Source of the DNA: Marsupella aquatica | Taxonomy: Eukaryota > Plantae > Marchantiophyta | NCBI GenBank assembly: GCA_973895155.1 | Contig: OZ316893.1 | Coordinates: 16,770,645 to 16,834,644, forward strand | Direction: 5' to 3' | DNA length: 64,000 nucleotides | In this document: positions 63,991 through 64,000 of the stretch, one piece after another | How the letters are laid out: every line of letters starts with the position of its first letter | Numbering within the stretch: position 1 is the stretch's first letter | Made by a program: the position numbers and the translations under genes | The notes under the pieces: model-generated | Told to the model about the DNA's origin: nothing | The model's input: the letters and a program-made list of their open reading frames with translations, nothing else | Database searches by the model: none

Positions 63991-64000
63991 GCCGAAGGCC

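Noticed and set aside
1-64000. tRNA or rRNA genes
   Set aside because: None recognised; the only tRNA-like matches are short primer-binding sites.

Overview
Eukaryotic land-plant DNA, probably a bryophyte (inferred, not shown). It contains one intact host gene, a 17-exon chloroplast P1B Cu-ATPase of the PAA2/HMA8 type (29945-37451, minus), surrounded by nested and decayed transposons. Left: a large Sola-like DDD-transposase element marked by dispersed 21-bp palindromes. A Bianca-type Ty1/copia (3641-16063) is inserted in it, a LINE is inserted in the copia, and a 4.7-kb TG..CA unit with a 5-bp TSD is inserted in the LINE; this unit looks like a solo LTR yet encodes a ~1,215-aa protein. Centre-right: a Ty3/gypsy remnant carrying a C5 cytosine methyltransferase after its protease, a second copy of the protein-coding LTR, and a solo LTR with non-canonical AG..CT ends. 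Right: a putative giant mobile element with a Ulp1 protease and a spliced gene fusing a ParB/Srx-like domain to a degenerate beta-class N4C/N6A DNA-methyltransferase fold. Dozens of copies of a second 21-bp palindrome lie around these genes in 40/41-, 44- and 169-bp tandem arrays. All domain calls are from motif recognition by eye; no searches were run.
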